64,000 bases of DNA, from contig JALDZX010000009.1 of NCBI GenBank assembly GCA_022813865.1, forward strand, positions 124,001 through 188,000. Reading direction: 5' to 3'. A program made the translations under genes and the position numbers. The DNA comes from Xylographa opegraphella. Taxonomy: Eukaryota. Below the pieces are notes generated by a model, which saw nothing but the letters and a program-made list of their open reading frames with translations, searched no databases and was not told the origin of the DNA. Below, one piece after another: positions 36,458-51,855 of this stretch (its first letter is position 1; every line of letters begins with the position of its first letter).

Positions 36458-37064
36458 ATGTCAGCTACACTCGCCTCAGACGGTGGTCCATTGTTCTTCT
36501 GGAGAGAATTTGAGCATCCCTACGGCTTTTTCTCTCAATGGTACCCAATCTCATTTAAAGCACCCTCGCCCTTGCCGCATAAGCCTGACATGACGTTTTC
36601 TGACGCCGAGCAATACATGATGTATCATAAAGCCATGCTTTTCAAAGACACAGAAACAGCAGATAAAATCATGCTGGCCACTGTACCAGAAGAGTATCAA
36701 CGACTGGGGAGACAGGCAAAGGGGTTCAATAGACAGCTTTGGGATCAGCACAAGGAGAAAATTGTGGAGGAAGGAAACTGGTACAAGTTCACCGAAGCCA
36801 CGACAGAAAATCTAGGTCAAAAGCTCTTAGAGACTGGAGACCGTGAGCTAGTAGAGGTATTTTCAACATTGTCAGCAGTACAGTGACAAGACTAAGAAAG
36901 AATAGGCATCACCGTCAGATAGAATCTGGGGTGTAGGGTTCAAAGCAGTTGATGCGGAGGCTAATAGAAGCGATTGGGGACAAAACCTGCTGGGAAAAGC
37001 AATCGCACGAGTAAGAGCACGCTTGCGGAGCCAGGCTCAAGACCAGAGTAGCCGGCCGGGCTAA
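36458..37064 (+). CDS. NADAR (YbiA/DUF1768) family protein
   Basis: FFW...FSQWY, AEQYMMYHKAMLFKD, LLETGDRELVE|ASPSDRIWGVG...GQNLLGKA; intron 36857-36905. Confidence 0.92.
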
Positions 37065-37346
37065 GCACGGTTCACTGCTTTCAGAAAATCCCGACCAGCC
37101 TGCAGCCTACCAGGAGACTGGCTCAGGAACCATGAGATTTCTAGCAGTAATCTAATGATTCTAGGTATCATGAACAATCCAGGCAATATGCCCATGGCTC
37201 GCTATGCAACAACCGGTAAACATCCGAGATACATTTCACTTTTGATGCCCGTACAGAAATTAATTCCTGTGAGCCAAATGCGAAGAATAATGCTTTCAAC
37301 ACCTGTGCAAGTCAGTAAAAGATGAGTTTAACGAGTACTGCGGTTC

Positions 37347-38637
<1,291 letters not shown>

Positions 38638-39003
38638 AATCTTCGTGATACTGACTCCGCTTGGTGATCAGATGAGGCACCACAGATCTCAGATCACAAA
38701 TGTCAAGCTGTGGTCAACATTTGTGTTATATAATTGTGGATTTGTTGACTTCAAGGTCTGCCGCAAGCGCTACAAGCTACACCTTTTTCGATGAGATGCC
38801 GCTAAAGTCAAACGAGTGGTTAGCGCCCGCAGTTATGCGAACAAAATCAAGGGATAGGTAAGCTATCGGATTTACGCAAGTAACGACCTTCAATGTAACA
38901 AAGATCATCTTACATCAGAACCCAGATACGCTCACGGAGCGGAAACCTTCGGTACGCACAAGCTACAAACTTATATACAATAGCAAAACTGTTTGACACA
39001 TTA

Positions 39004-39075
39004 GGGGAGATGGCGTAGGGGTAGCGCGTTTGCTTTGCATGCAAAAGATCCTGGGTTCGAATCCCTGTCTCTCCA
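39004..39075 (+). tRNA. tRNA-Ala (anticodon TGC)
   Basis: Acceptor stem GGGGAGA/TCTCTCC with G3:U70; anticodon arm TTTGC-TTTGCAT-GCAAA; T-loop GGTTCGAATCC. Confidence 0.95.
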
Positions 39076-39473
39076 GAATCTCGCCGCGGTACAAATTTTT
39101 ATACATTTTTGGAGAGTTTTTGAATATTTTGAACCTTTGTGGGAGTGGAAGTAAAGAAAGAATAAGGTTTGCTTTTTGAACACTGAGTGAACAGTAGGTA
39201 TCAGAGATACTGGTTAGCAAAGACTTCTTTGGAGATATTTCCGTTGCGCCAAATCACTTTGCCGTCATCTAACATCCTATTAAGACAGGACTCGTAAAAT
39301 TATGAAGCATATCCTTTATGACTTGGCAAGTCATTGGTACGATTGAAATATCTCACAGTACTTGAAATTAAATCTAGGGCTTGGCAAGCACTAGCTATTT
39401 AAGGGATCGTGATAATTGGAATTGACCTACTCCATAAAAAGTAACATTCGTCCGTTATAGACTTTTCGCAATA

Positions 39474-40635
39474 ATGGTTGTGCGACAGCAATTACAGCAA
39501 CCGATCGCACTGCTCCTTGTCACGCTCGTATGGTTGATTCTTACTACCCGCGTAGCTGGTTCTCTTGGAGATCGCCTCCCGGATTTCAAGGAATGCGTCA
39601 CGGTAGAATCCGTCCCCACTTTTGTTGTCTTAATAGCCATTGACGCGTCTCTATAGGTCTGCATTGATGAGAACTGTCAGCAAGGCGGTGCTGCTATTCG
39701 TAAGCGTTCTTAATCTCCACTGCATGTGCGGAAAATTGACTGATTTTGTAGCTGCACACCTACGCCTTCTCCTATGGACGTGCCCTTCGAATTGTGACTA
39801 TGTGTGCCAACATATCATTACAGACAAGCGAGTGTCACGCGAACCTCCAATGCTCGAGCCTATAGTACAATATCACGGCAAGTGGCCGTTCTATCGATTC
39901 ATGGGTATGCAGGAACCAGCATCTGTGCTCTTCTCTCTCTTCAACTTTCTTGCCCATCGGTATGGACTCAATAAAATTCGCGCAACAATACCTAAAGACT
40001 ATCCGTTGAGAAAATACTATATTGCCTTTGGGAATTTCGGACTTGCAAGCTGGATCTTTAGCATGCTCTTCCATACTCGAGACTTTGGAATAACTGAGAA
40101 ACTTGATTATTTCGCTGCGGGTGCAAGCGTCCTGTACGGATTGTATTATGCACCAGTGCGAATATTTCATTTGGAACAGCATTCCTCGCCTGTCAAACAA
40201 ACACTGCTTCGACTGTGGACTATTACGTGTGCTATGCTTTTTGTCGCTCATGTGTCATACCTAACATTCTGGCGTTGGGACTATACCTATAACATGGCAG
40301 CCAATGTGGCTGTCGGAATTGCTCAGAATGTACTGTGGAGTTGGTTCAGCGTGACGCACTATCAGCGGTTGAGGAAGCCTTGGGCAGCGTGGCCGGGTCT
40401 GATTGTGGCGTGGATTGTAATGGCTATGAGCCTGGAGCTGCTGGATTTTCCACCGTATAAATTCGTGGTCGATGCCCACAGTCTCTGGCATCTCGGAACT
40501 GTGGGGCCGACGGTGTGGTGGTACAGGTGAGTGATTGGCTCCTGAGTGCAGGGAATGATGCTAATGCATAGTACCTGCAGTTTTCTCATCAAAGACGCCC
40601 AACAGGACATGGCTGGCGATCGCCTCAAAGCGTGA
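39474..40635 (+). CDS. PER1: Per1/PGAP3 GPI-remodelling protein
   Basis: Signal peptide, SLGDRLPDFKEC, QYHGKWPF, QEPASVLFS, FHTRD, DAHSLWH; three introns. Confidence 0.93.
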
Positions 40636-40999
40636 TCGTAATAGCAATGGCATGTTGTTCACTCATTACCTTAGTCTGCATTTCTCCATGCACTCCATGG
40701 AGCGCTAGCTTCTGCTGCGCTGTCTCACGAAGCCCCCATTCTCAGCCGTCGAAGGACTGGTGATCCTCCGTCCCCACTGACACCAGCTCTGCAAGCGCGT
40801 AACCCGCCGTTAAGGTTCTGGTCAAAGCTCACGGCCAACACTAACCACATCCTGGCTAGCCGCATTGCAAAAGCGCGGGGTTTCCGTCGAGCCTGAGGCG
40901 TAATTTTCGCATCTGATCCCAGGCACGCCCGTTATCTGCCACCTTTGATTTTTCTTGTTTCCCTCCACATTGAACATCCTCAACATCGCGCCGCCCAAG

Positions 41000-42944
41000 A
41001 TGACAATCCGAGAGGCCATACTGACTGCGTCTGCCTCGTTTCCGAAGCCTGCTGAAAACACTTTTCAGTATGGAACTGCAGGAGTATGTTGTGCACCCGG
41101 CCAAGTCATTTATTATGTGAGGCTAACCTTATTTAACCGCAGTTCCGCATGAAAGCGTGTGTAGTGCCCTTTAGATCTTCCGCAGCCTTCAAGAGGCCTT
41201 GCGCTGCTTCACTTGCACACTGGACTTGCGCATCACTAACGATGGGTTCAATGGCAGTGCTCTCCTCGACTCCGTCGTATTTCGAGTCGGTCTTCTTGCA
41301 GCTTTGCGATCCCGATTCAAGAATGGCCAGATTATCGGGGTGATGATCACCGCAAGTCATAATCCTCCCGATGACAATGGTGTAAAGTTGGTAGACCCGA
41401 TGGTATGTATTCTCGGTCTGCGCATGGCACATGGTATGCTAATAGACTGGTGCTAGGGTGAGATGCTGGAGGTAGCCTTGTTGCGATACCTTAGGAACGT
41501 TTCTTCGTCCATCAGCTAATGATCGAGCAGGCGTCTTGGGAAGCCCATGCTACAAAACTTGCGAACGCGCGGTCAGACGAGGATCTTGTAGCAGTATATG
41601 AAAAACTTGTCAGGGAACAAAATCTGAAAGATGTCAAGCCACACGTTATCTTTGCTCGTGATACTCGTGCCTCCGGACCACGACTCGTTGCAGCCCTCGC
41701 CGCGGCGCTCGATGCTACGAACACTGAGTATACAGACTACAAGCTTCTTACCACGCCGCAGCTTCACTACATCACCCGATGTCTAAATACTCAAGGTACT
41801 CCTTTCGACTACGGTGTTCCCACGGAGGAAGGATACTACGAGAAGACTGCGGGAGCATTCAAGAAAGCTATGCAGGGCCGACAAGCCAGCGGAGGTGTGA
41901 CAGTCGACTGTGCGAATGGTGTTGGCGGTCCTAAACTGAGAGAGCTGGTCAAATTTTTGCCTCCAGTTTCTGAAAGTGGCCTCGAAATAAGGATAGTGAA
42001 TGACGACGTTGTCAGTCCTGAGCGGCTCAACTCGCAGGTACTTCTCTATAAGCGTCCCATTTTTTTTCGAACACTGACTCTGGTAGTGCGGAGCGGACTT
42101 TGTCAAGACTGGTCAACGGGCACCGCCGTCTTCCCAGGCTAAGCCTTTGGCGCGGTGTGCATCCTTGGATGGAGACGCAGATCGAATCGTATATTATTTC
42201 GTGGACGCAGATAACAATTTCCGCTTGTTAGACGGCGATCGAATTGCTACCCTGGCTGCCTCGTTCATTGGTGATCTTTCGAGAAGCGCTGGACTTGGAG
42301 AAAAACTGAAGGTGGGTGTTGTACAAACTGCATATGCTAATGGAGCAAGCACGGACTATGTTGCTTCCCACCTCAAGCTCCCGATCATTTGCACAAATAC
42401 AGGAGTGAAACATCTTCATCACGCAGCAACGAAGTTTGATGTTGGAGTATATTTCGAAGCAAACGGCCACGGTACGGTCATCTTCTCAGATCTGGCATTA
42501 AAGCGCATCGGCAAATACGAACCCAAATCGCCTGCTCAAAGCGAGTCGCTCGAAATCCTTCGTGCTCTCACTCAACTAATCAACCAAACTGTTGGTGACG
42601 CCCTCTCCGACCTCCTTCTTGTCGAGGTAATCCTTGCGCACAAAGGATGGGGCCCGAAAGAATGGGACAATACTTACACGGATCTCCCGAACCGTCTTGT
42701 TCGAGTAGAGGTCGCCGACCGGAATATCTTCAAAGCAGTTGATGCTGAAAGGAAGCTTGAAAGCCCACCCGGAATCCAGCAGCAAATTGATGCTCTCGTT
42801 GGGAAGTACAAGAATGGCAGAAGTTTTGCAAGAGCCAGCGGTACCGAAGATGCCATGCGCGTGTACGCCGAAGCAGCAACACGCGGAGAGGCAGACGATC
42901 TGGCGAGCAAGGTTGCGGGCCTGGTCAAACAAGCTGGTTCGTGA
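41000..42944 (+). CDS. PCM1: Phosphoacetylglucosamine mutase
   Basis: [49 protein letters not shown]; includes micro-exons near 41142 and 41457. Confidence 0.96.
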
Positions 42945-45556
42945 GAGCAAAGGGTTCATAGCATCCGTAACCATGGCGTTGGTTTGTTCTCCAAATCGGA
43001 TGTGGTGGCGGCTAGGAAAAGTTATGTCTTTCATTTCAGGATTATGTGGCAAGAAATCCTAACAGCAAATTAGGCAGCCTTAACGCCATTACCTTTTTTA
43101 GTACCGCACCGTATCATGCTTCGTTACTGAATAGCATTTTCATGTGCAGCATGGAGGTCTCTAGTTTTCTATCGTGTACTCTTAGAGGCCTTCCAGGCCT
43201 TTGATTCAAATATATTAAACAATTAATGCTTTCAACAATTGGCGGATGTAGATTCCTATTTTTGGTACTCGCATATGCATGATGAAGTTCTCCAATTGGT
43301 ATTTCTGTCTTTCGAGGGAGCCTGGTGGAACCTTCCGGATATAATGGTCTATTACATTTGCAATGCCCACAAGCGACAGAACTTGATGGTGCTACGAGGT
43401 GGACGGCAGATGCCCAGTGTTGACAATTGCTTCTTTTCAGTTTTTGCACTGTCTGGAGCTATCAGCAGTCTCACAGGTTGGAGACCTTACATTGCATCCT
43501 ATAAGTGGTATTTCTATATTGTGTTTGCGCGTACCCTATAATGATACCGGAATGTGGTGATTCTATGTTCGCTTTTACACCAGGACACGATTGCGTTCCG
43601 CATTCTTTCGGTTCGCTGCGTTCAGATGAGGTTCTGGTGCTGACCATAGCTTCTTAGCCACTAAGGTAGAGGTTTGTTGATGCTGTTGTCTGCTGCTCTG
43701 TAAACTATGGCTCCGAGATATCAGATCCTAGTAGCACAACATACACTGAGCTCCACTTTGCAAACCCCACATCTCAGAGGCCAACCGGGTTCAAAAGTGC
43801 GGCCCACATGGCCGACTATGTTCACTGTCATTACTAGAACAACCACAGCTCAAGATCTTGGTGCTAGAGAGCATGCAATTACATGCTCTGATTCTGTCCA
43901 CCCATTGTCCGTGCATTATCTCAAATACGGATATACTCCTGACACATTTCGAAGATGTGCAAGTCCATAGACTGTCATTGTAATCTACTACCATTCAAGA
44001 ATATATTATTCTTATCTTTCAAGTATTTATATTCATACCGAGACACTCAGCGGTACGCTTTGTGCATTTTATCCATTGCTACCGAATATCCTCTTCCCAA
44101 TGAAGTGGCGCACGCTCCACAGAACGAAACTCCTACTATTGCCACTGGTAGCAGCTATCCAGAATTTGCGACACATTTAAACAGGATGTGGTAGCCAGAA
44201 TTTCTCCTGCTTTTTATGTTGGTTATCCTGTGAAATCGTGCATCGGCAATGCGTTGTGGGGTCTTGTTTTTACCAATGTTGAAGTCTCAACACTAGCTAT
44301 GGTTGTCTGCTCGGTTCTGGTAGCTATCTTCTGGCTGCAGAACCCTTTTTTGGTGTCTATGTTCCAATCAAGCCGAGTATTTAGACGACGTCAAAAGACT
44401 TGATCAGAGACGCAGCCGTTATCGTCAAAAACGTTGGAGTCAAGCGCCCCAATATCTCGTTGATGAACTTTGCCCAAGCTGGAGCCTAGATAGTTAGTCT
44501 GTTGCGGATGTAGGCCGTCCGCTACACGAACGACCTATCGCTGTTATACGGTTCATCTTCCGACTCTGAAAAAGATAGCGAGAGGTGTGTCCGTAGTTGG
44601 CGAAACCCCTTTCACAGTAATGCATCTTACTTGCTGGAAATTTCAGTTCTCTGCAACAATTGAGCTCGGGCATTTGCATGAATGCGGCATGCTCCTACCG
44701 ACCATCACAGCAACATTTTGGAGCTCTGGAAATATTATCTCACGGGACTGCTGCGCCGTTCGCAGCAGAGTTCTACAGGATTTTCGGTACATTTAGACTC
44801 GAGAACGTAGAACTTGCAAAGTTGCTTAGAAATGCCGTATAGCGCCAAAGCAAAAGACTCCAAGCCAAACCTTTGGAGCGCTTTTCATTTGGCAGCTACA
44901 TTGTCTAACTCGATGAAACGACTATCCAGTTGACAATGGCTTCCTCGCGCTAAGACGATTCTCGGCCAGTGCATATGAATGTGATCTCAACAACTCCCTC
45001 CCACTTCTTCCAAGGTGAGAAAGAACTCACTATCCAAACTGGGTATATCGATCATGCCACACCAGAGTGACCGAGCTTGCCGGTAGAGAATGATCCAGTA
45101 TATTGACCTTGCCTAGTACTTCTCGATAAATCAATCGAATCGGCACCATGCGGTCTCATGCAATGTAGTAAGTGGTCAAGGAGAATTGTGGATTTAATGG
45201 TAACAGTTTTAGATTGTATTTGCACCTACCGAGTCATGAATTCACGACTGCCCTTCATGATAAGACGAGCTTTTCATACGGCATGATAACAAAATGAAGA
45301 CTCTCAGGGAGCACAACAATGCTTCAGTTAGTTCTTCTGCGACCTTTCACTGGATTCGTGCTTTAACATGGCTTCACAAGACATCCTCAGCTGTGGAGAA
45401 CCCGCACGTACTCAATCTGCTGTCGTTGGGAATTATATGCTATATATAACTAATATATAACTATGACGTAGCCAAACACAACCCTGATTGCATGCGCAAA
45501 GGGCTCGGGATTTCGCGTTGATCAGATTTGACATTCCAAGCAAAGGAGTAGCCAAA

Positions 45557-47849
45557 ATGCCGACCCCAGGCTACGTATTCAGAGATGGGGGCCCTATCCC
45601 AGATGATGAAATCCAGAGCAAAAATACTAGCACGGGTCAAACACAAGACGTCGTGCGTACACCGTCGAAATCAATCTCGATCTCTACAACTTCTCCTGTG
45701 AACACCCCGACCTCGAGTCGGTCGACCTTTAGCTCGGCGACAGAAAGCCATGCTTTAGCCAATGCAAGTCACGAAGATAAAGGCGCCGCTCAAACCGGAC
45801 ACGATGCGACTGAGGTCAAGAACTTAGGGTGGAATGATCATCCGGAAAATGTTCCTAAACCACTTGTCGGAGGCCTCCCTAATGAGGAGCTATGGCTGCT
45901 AGTCAGACGATTCAACAAGGTAGCTAGGATCGAGAGTCTATGAAAGGCGTTGCACTGAAAGCATTGAAATAGCAAATGTATCATGTCAAGGCGATGAATG
46001 AGGCCCCTCCAGGAGGACTCGACCTCAATATTGCAGACGAAGACGAATTTTCACCGGACAAGCTACGGGCCAATATTGAGAGACTTTACATGACAGTTAT
46101 TGTTGGGGTGATTGGTTTTGGAAAACATATTGCACGGCTTCGGTCGTGGAGAGAGCCTCGACGCACAGCAGCGTTCTGCGCAGTATGTGGGCTCCATTAA
46201 TGATTGAGCAAGACTAAACTATGCTAGGCTTACTTCATCGCGTGGATACTCAACCTTGTCGTTCCTGTTCTGACACTTACAATGATAGTACTGATTGCTT
46301 ACCCACCGTCTCGCGATATACTTTTCCCGCCCGCTCCCCTCGCTCTTGTGGACTCCAAAACAGGAGGTGTTCAGTCGCCTATGGCTGGAGTGCTTGGTAG
46401 CCATGACAGTGTAACCGGAGCACCTGAGAACTATAAGGGAGAAGCCGTGGAAAAGGAAGCTGGCAACTTCGTCAATAGCTTCGCCTCTATTGCTATAAGC
46501 AGCGCTAGTGGTAAGAAGGATCACGGAAATCCAGACTCAGATCCGCTCAACGCATCTATACCGGACCCGACCGACGTCGCTGTTGCAGGAGCAGATGCGA
46601 AAGACAATACTGCTGGTGGCAGTAACACCGTCAAGCATGACAAAACGAAGCAACCGATGGAGGATGCGATGTGGACGAAGATGAGACCGATAATGCATGT
46701 CATTGGAGATATTGCCGATGGCTGGGAGCGGTTTGCCAAGTACGTTTCACTGCTCCACTCCTTGCGCTTCTGGCTTATTTGATATCAGTGCCTTGTCTCC
46801 GACGCCCCCATTTCCAGAAGATGCCCCACGCCTCCGATTAGCCGCACTTCTTGTGCCTGTATTAGCTATCTCACTTCTCACGACATCGGCTATGTTTATG
46901 AAAATGAACACATTCTTCGTTGGATTTGGGTTTTTCGCAGATCCTATTATCTGGCGTGCTGCAAGCTGGCTCAATCGGGAATTCCCTAATTGGCAGAAGT
47001 TGCTCGAAATAAGAAAGTAGGGTTAACGCTCTGTTGGCCAAGTTTTATAGTGCTGATAATTTTTCTAGTACCATTTTGAAAGGCGTTCCTACGAATGCGC
47101 AACTTACACTTACACTTCTGCGTGTCGGAGAAGCAAACAAAGCTCCGCTTCCACCACCGCCAAGATCGGACGAAGCTCCTCCAGATCATCCTGCAGAACT
47201 TGACAAGGACGAGCTAACCTTAGATGCATCCCATGAAGAAGTTCATGACGCGATTCATCATGATGCGGAGTCAAAGGCTATTGCGGACGGTAGCAGCACA
47301 ACTAGCAGTACGGCAAAGCCCAAGCATCATCATGGTGCCCGAGTCTTAGGGTTTCTCAAAGGCACAACAAAGACAGGAGTTGAAGCTAAGCTTGGCATCG
47401 ATAAGGTTAGAGCCACGGCTGGTTCCAACACGGCGAAGAACCACCTTGGCATTTTACCCAAACCGGGCGAGTACTTGCCTTCCGGACCTATCGACTTCAA
47501 AGCACGTTACAGGGGTAAGAAAGGCTGGGTGTACATATCCACATCAGCAACGACGCCTTGCGTCTCGTTCTCCTCTCATGCCAGCGATGGCACAGGGGAG
47601 CAAACAACAAATGAGCTAGAACCGATCTTCAGTATTCCGATCGAGGAAATCAAAGAACTCAAGAAAGTGGGAGGACTAGGCTGGAAGTCAAAACTTATTG
47701 TGGGATGGGCAACGGACAGGAATGTCGCTGATGGATTGGAAATCATCGACAAGAGCGGAAACAGTTGGAAACTAACCGCTATTGGTCTCAGGGAAGAGCT
47801 TTTCAACCGGCTGGTGGCAATGGGCAGCCAGAAGTGGGAGAGTTGGTAG
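45557..47849 (+). CDS. DUF3292-family membrane protein
   Basis: SHALA...KGAAQ...EVKNLGWN...PLVGGLPNEELWLLVRRFNK, DEFSPDKLRANIERLY, ELKKVGGLGWK, ELFNRLVAMGSQKWESW; multi-exon. Confidence 0.82.
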
Positions 47850-48559
47850 GATATTGTACAGCGTATGATCTGTTTGGTAATGTAGGCTCGATGTATCATA
47901 TTTCGCGATTACCTAATTGTTACTTCCTATTAATTCTGATGCCAATTTGTACGCTGGTGCTACCACTTCTTGACGTGTTGGATGAACATGTGTCCATTCC
48001 TCTCGTATCAATCCGTCAAAGCTGTGCGAAGCTGTCTCAAGCCCTCAGCGAATAAATGCGCGGCTGCTGGAAAAGCTTCCTGCTCGTCACCTCGTAGCCA
48101 GTGCGCGGTTGCTTCGAAAATCCATCCGAGCCCCTTGGAGCATCCACGCAGTCCCCCATTCACACGACCTATATTCATTCCTTGCCAGCGTGCAGCCTCA
48201 TCCGAAACACGCCTTCGCAAAATGTCTCCCCCGGTCGCCAAGGTTCCCCGAACGAGAAGCAGCGAAGTGTGGGCTTGATGCTCCACCAGGCCATTCGCAT
48301 AGGCACGCCCAGTTCTCACTTTACTACACCGCCCAGCCGGCTTCGCTGCTGCCTTTACGCTCGCGTCTGGTTTTTGCAACTGAGCGCGGGACGGCGTCTG
48401 CACAGGGCTATATGGATTCGTCCCTGCGAACACGCGGCCGAGGGACTCGGAGATAATGTTTGGGGTTTGCGTGGAAGGCTATGCATCGGAAGGAAGTCCT
48501 AAGTCGCTGACATCGATATCTGTGTTGTTAGGATAGAAGAATCTTGGGGCCTATAGACC

Positions 48560-48815
48560 GCCGCGAGGCATGGAACATTCTCATAGTCTGGTTGGTTGAT
48601 AGCCTTCAGATATGAGGCCACATCGAAGGCTTCGAGTCCGAGTTGGTGCAAATGTTGTGCAAAGTTCTCTACAATAACTGCTTTGCGGTTGAGGACCCAG
48701 GTCGCCTAGGCTGTATCCAAACCGTCGGCAGAACGGATCCATTGTACATTTGAGGAACAGGAACCAGGGATCGGCACATAGCTGTTGATAGGGTTCGTTC
48801 CAGGATTGGTTGCAC
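48560..48815 (-). pseudogene. Relic of a lysophospholipase (PLB) N-terminal region
   Basis: SYVPIPGSCSSNVQWIRSADGLDTA*ATWVLNRK...LHQLGLEAFDVASYL...ENVPCLAA; TAG at 48706-48708; the expected SGGG motif does not follow. Confidence 0.55.
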
Positions 48816-50121
48816 CCCCGAGTTATATATTAGTGACTGTAGGTAACAGTCAGATGCTGGAAAGAATATATTGGACATGCCATGCCTAGACTTAGGATCA
48901 CAATGGCGCTCCGAAGCCACATTGTCTGAGAGAATAGAGAAGACATATTGACTGACGAAAAGCACTTCTATCTGATGTTGGTGGACGGCTTTATACAAAT
49001 TCTCTCGAGCTAAGGATGATAACTGTGAAAATTGCCTATTCAGGCAACATATGCGGCGATAGTGCAAAGTCAACAGTTCGTAGGACACGACAGTGACTTG
49101 GACCCTCGTGTCTGCGAGCCTTTCAAACCAATTACTCCACTTCAAGGCGGTGAGTCTCTAGTGAAATGAAAATGACATGAGCTCGTAATAGTGCATCTCA
49201 AGGAATTGCCCGGAACAGCTAAGAACGGTAACAAAGGCCACACTTGTCTCACGTGAATTGTGTAGTCAAATATCTCCATAGTCCACGCGAACCGAATATG
49301 GTAGTTACTTGCGGGTTCAAGTGCCCACAACGCTCGCAATGACTTGATGACAAGATCGCGATGCGACAGTCAGCAGTCAGCCCGAGTCAGCCCAAGTATT
49401 TCCACGGCGCGCTAAGGAATTGGCAAGCTTTATGAGCCATCCTAAGATTCTGCAAATTTAAGAAGCACCAGATACAAGGCCGCCACTCGATCTTCATATA
49501 GTTATTGCGTGATCTTGAGTGCGGAGGTCTTCAACCAATCACATAAGGCTTCTCAGGACGCCCAACAACGTTTGGAAAGCACGGCCATCGTGCATGCAGC
49601 CACGTCTGAGATTCCAATCAATTCAAATAGTGAGGATGGTCAACAGCGGAAACTTCGCTTTGTGAACAATGCCAGCGAAGTATTAATGCGAGACTTGATG
49701 GATTTTGCAGCATAACCAGTTCTACTTCCAATGAAGTCACGAACCGTGCGAAGACAAGCACTTAAGGGGAGGAGAAGGAGACGATGAATGTCGCATTTAC
49801 CTTCTCCAAAGGTTCGCATTGTTGTTGAGCTTGAGTAACATAGGTCGCCACTGGTTATTCTAATCTGGTACTCCAGCATCATTATAAGCTCGAAGGAGTA
49901 AGTGCTTTCCAAATTAGCACGCAATCAATTAAAGCGATACCTTAGTGTTTGAGCTTTAAGGTTCAGGGCGATTACCTGTTGGAAAACAATTTGGGATGAG
50001 CTTTCAATCGTCAGGGATATTGTCTGGTCTAACGCCAGTATCTGCGCAAAATTTTTGAGCTCATGAAAATTCACCGGCTTCGTAATTGCTGTAGAATTCC
50101 CTTTGGTGCTAGCTGGACCTT

Positions 50122-51652
50122 TTATCCTTCCTCCCTATCCATTTCATCGCGTCCCCGCTTACCTCCTGCAGCGCGTCCTCGTCCAGATGGCTTCCTGCCC
50201 CGAAGTGTAGCTCCTTTCGTACCCCTCTTCTCATGCAAATCTTTCATTTCTCTGATGGCTACTCGCTGTGCGTCACCCACTCTCTCCCCAAGCACAATCA
50301 CCTCTTCCTTCTCGACTTTATATTCTCCCAACTGTTTTCCCAGTGCTGCCTCAATCCGCTGCCATATTTCCACATCGTACTGAGTGACAAATGAGATGGC
50401 GTGACCCGATTTACCAGCACGGGCTGTCCGACCGACTCTGTGGATATAAGTCTTGCTGTCAGGTGGCAAGTCAAAGTTGACGACAATGTCAACAGATGGT
50501 ATGTCAAGACCACGAGCTGCAACGTCAGTAGCGACAAGAATATCTCGGCTTTTGGCGCGAAACTTTCCGAGCGCACCAAGCCGTGATGACTGGGATAGCT
50601 GGCCATGTAGTGGTATAGCGCCGAAACCCAGGGCCCGAAGGAGGATCGCTACTCTTTGCGTCTCGTTGACTGTGCGAGTAAATACAATAGCCGATTGACC
50701 AGCAAATTCATTCAAGAGATACACAAGATAGAGATCCTTGTCTTTATGTGGAAAGAACATATATGATTGCAGCAGAGTTGAGACAGTTTGGTACTTGTTG
50801 GTCGAAATAGAAACCCGAAGTGGGTCTTTGAGTGATGCTCGTTGGAGTGACTCGACCTTCGAAGTCATGGTGGCGGAGAAGAGATATGTGTGTCTATTAT
50901 CTCGAGGAAGAACTTTCAGAATCTTGTCAAGTATGGGTCCGAAATCCAAGTCAAGCAGCCGATCTGCTTCATCCATAACTAAGTACTTAAGATTTCGAAG
51001 CGAGAAGCCTTTAGTATTCTCTAGGTGATCCAGCAGACGACCGGGTGTGGCAACCACTATATGAGGCTTCTTTCCTAAAGCAATAGCTTGTGGTACCATA
51101 TCCATACCGCCAACAATCACAGCGCATCTAACAGAGATGAGTGAACCCAGCGCCTCGAATGCTTGCGATATTTGATATGCAAGTTCTCTTGTCGGGGCTA
51201 GAACGAGTCCAAAAAGAGGTTGGGGTTTGTCCATGAGTGCTAGTAGATGTCAGTACGGGAGGATTGGTAGTAGAATAATTAACATAACCTTGTAGTATTG
51301 GAAGAGCGAATGCCGCTGTTTTCCCGCTGCCTGTTTCTGCAAGTCCAATAAGGTCTCGACCTTGCAGAGCAAGTGGTATGGCTTCATTTTGAATAGGCGT
51401 GGGCGCTTTGTATCCCAGGGCCGTACAAGCATCACATAACGACTCAATTATTCCTAGCTCTTGAAACGACTTTGTTGCAACCTCTACCGCTTCTGTTGTT
51501 GGGGTTGTGTCGTCGGTCACCGGTGCCTGAACGGTCGGTAGAGTGACATCTGGGGTACTATCGTTGTCAACTGTCGCCTCCTCAGTCTTCGTAGAAGTAC
51601 CCGGCAGTATGGAATGCGATCCATTGAGCTTCCTTTTCTTGATAGCAGACAT
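50122..51652 (-). CDS. RRP3: DEAD-box rRNA helicase Rrp3
   Basis: [39 protein letters not shown]; intron 51240-51288. Confidence 0.95.
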
Positions 51653-51855
51653 ATTATTAATGGTGGCAGCGTGTACTAAGCGGCTTTCCCAAATTCCACA
51701 ATCAAATTGGAGCCGTGTTAAAGTTAAAGACGCTAGCACAATCGATAACGAGGTTCTTAGCTGCGCCCTGTGATTGGCTACGCTAACTACATTGTTCGAG
51801 AATTTATGTGTAGCTCTTGAAGAAAGCCTGTCAAACGGTATTACCACATTAAGCA

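Noticed and set aside
43050..45450. 2.4-kb gap with short ORFs, possibly a decayed gene or transposon
   Set aside because: No recognisable domain, terminal repeats or consistent frame found by eye; blastx would be needed.
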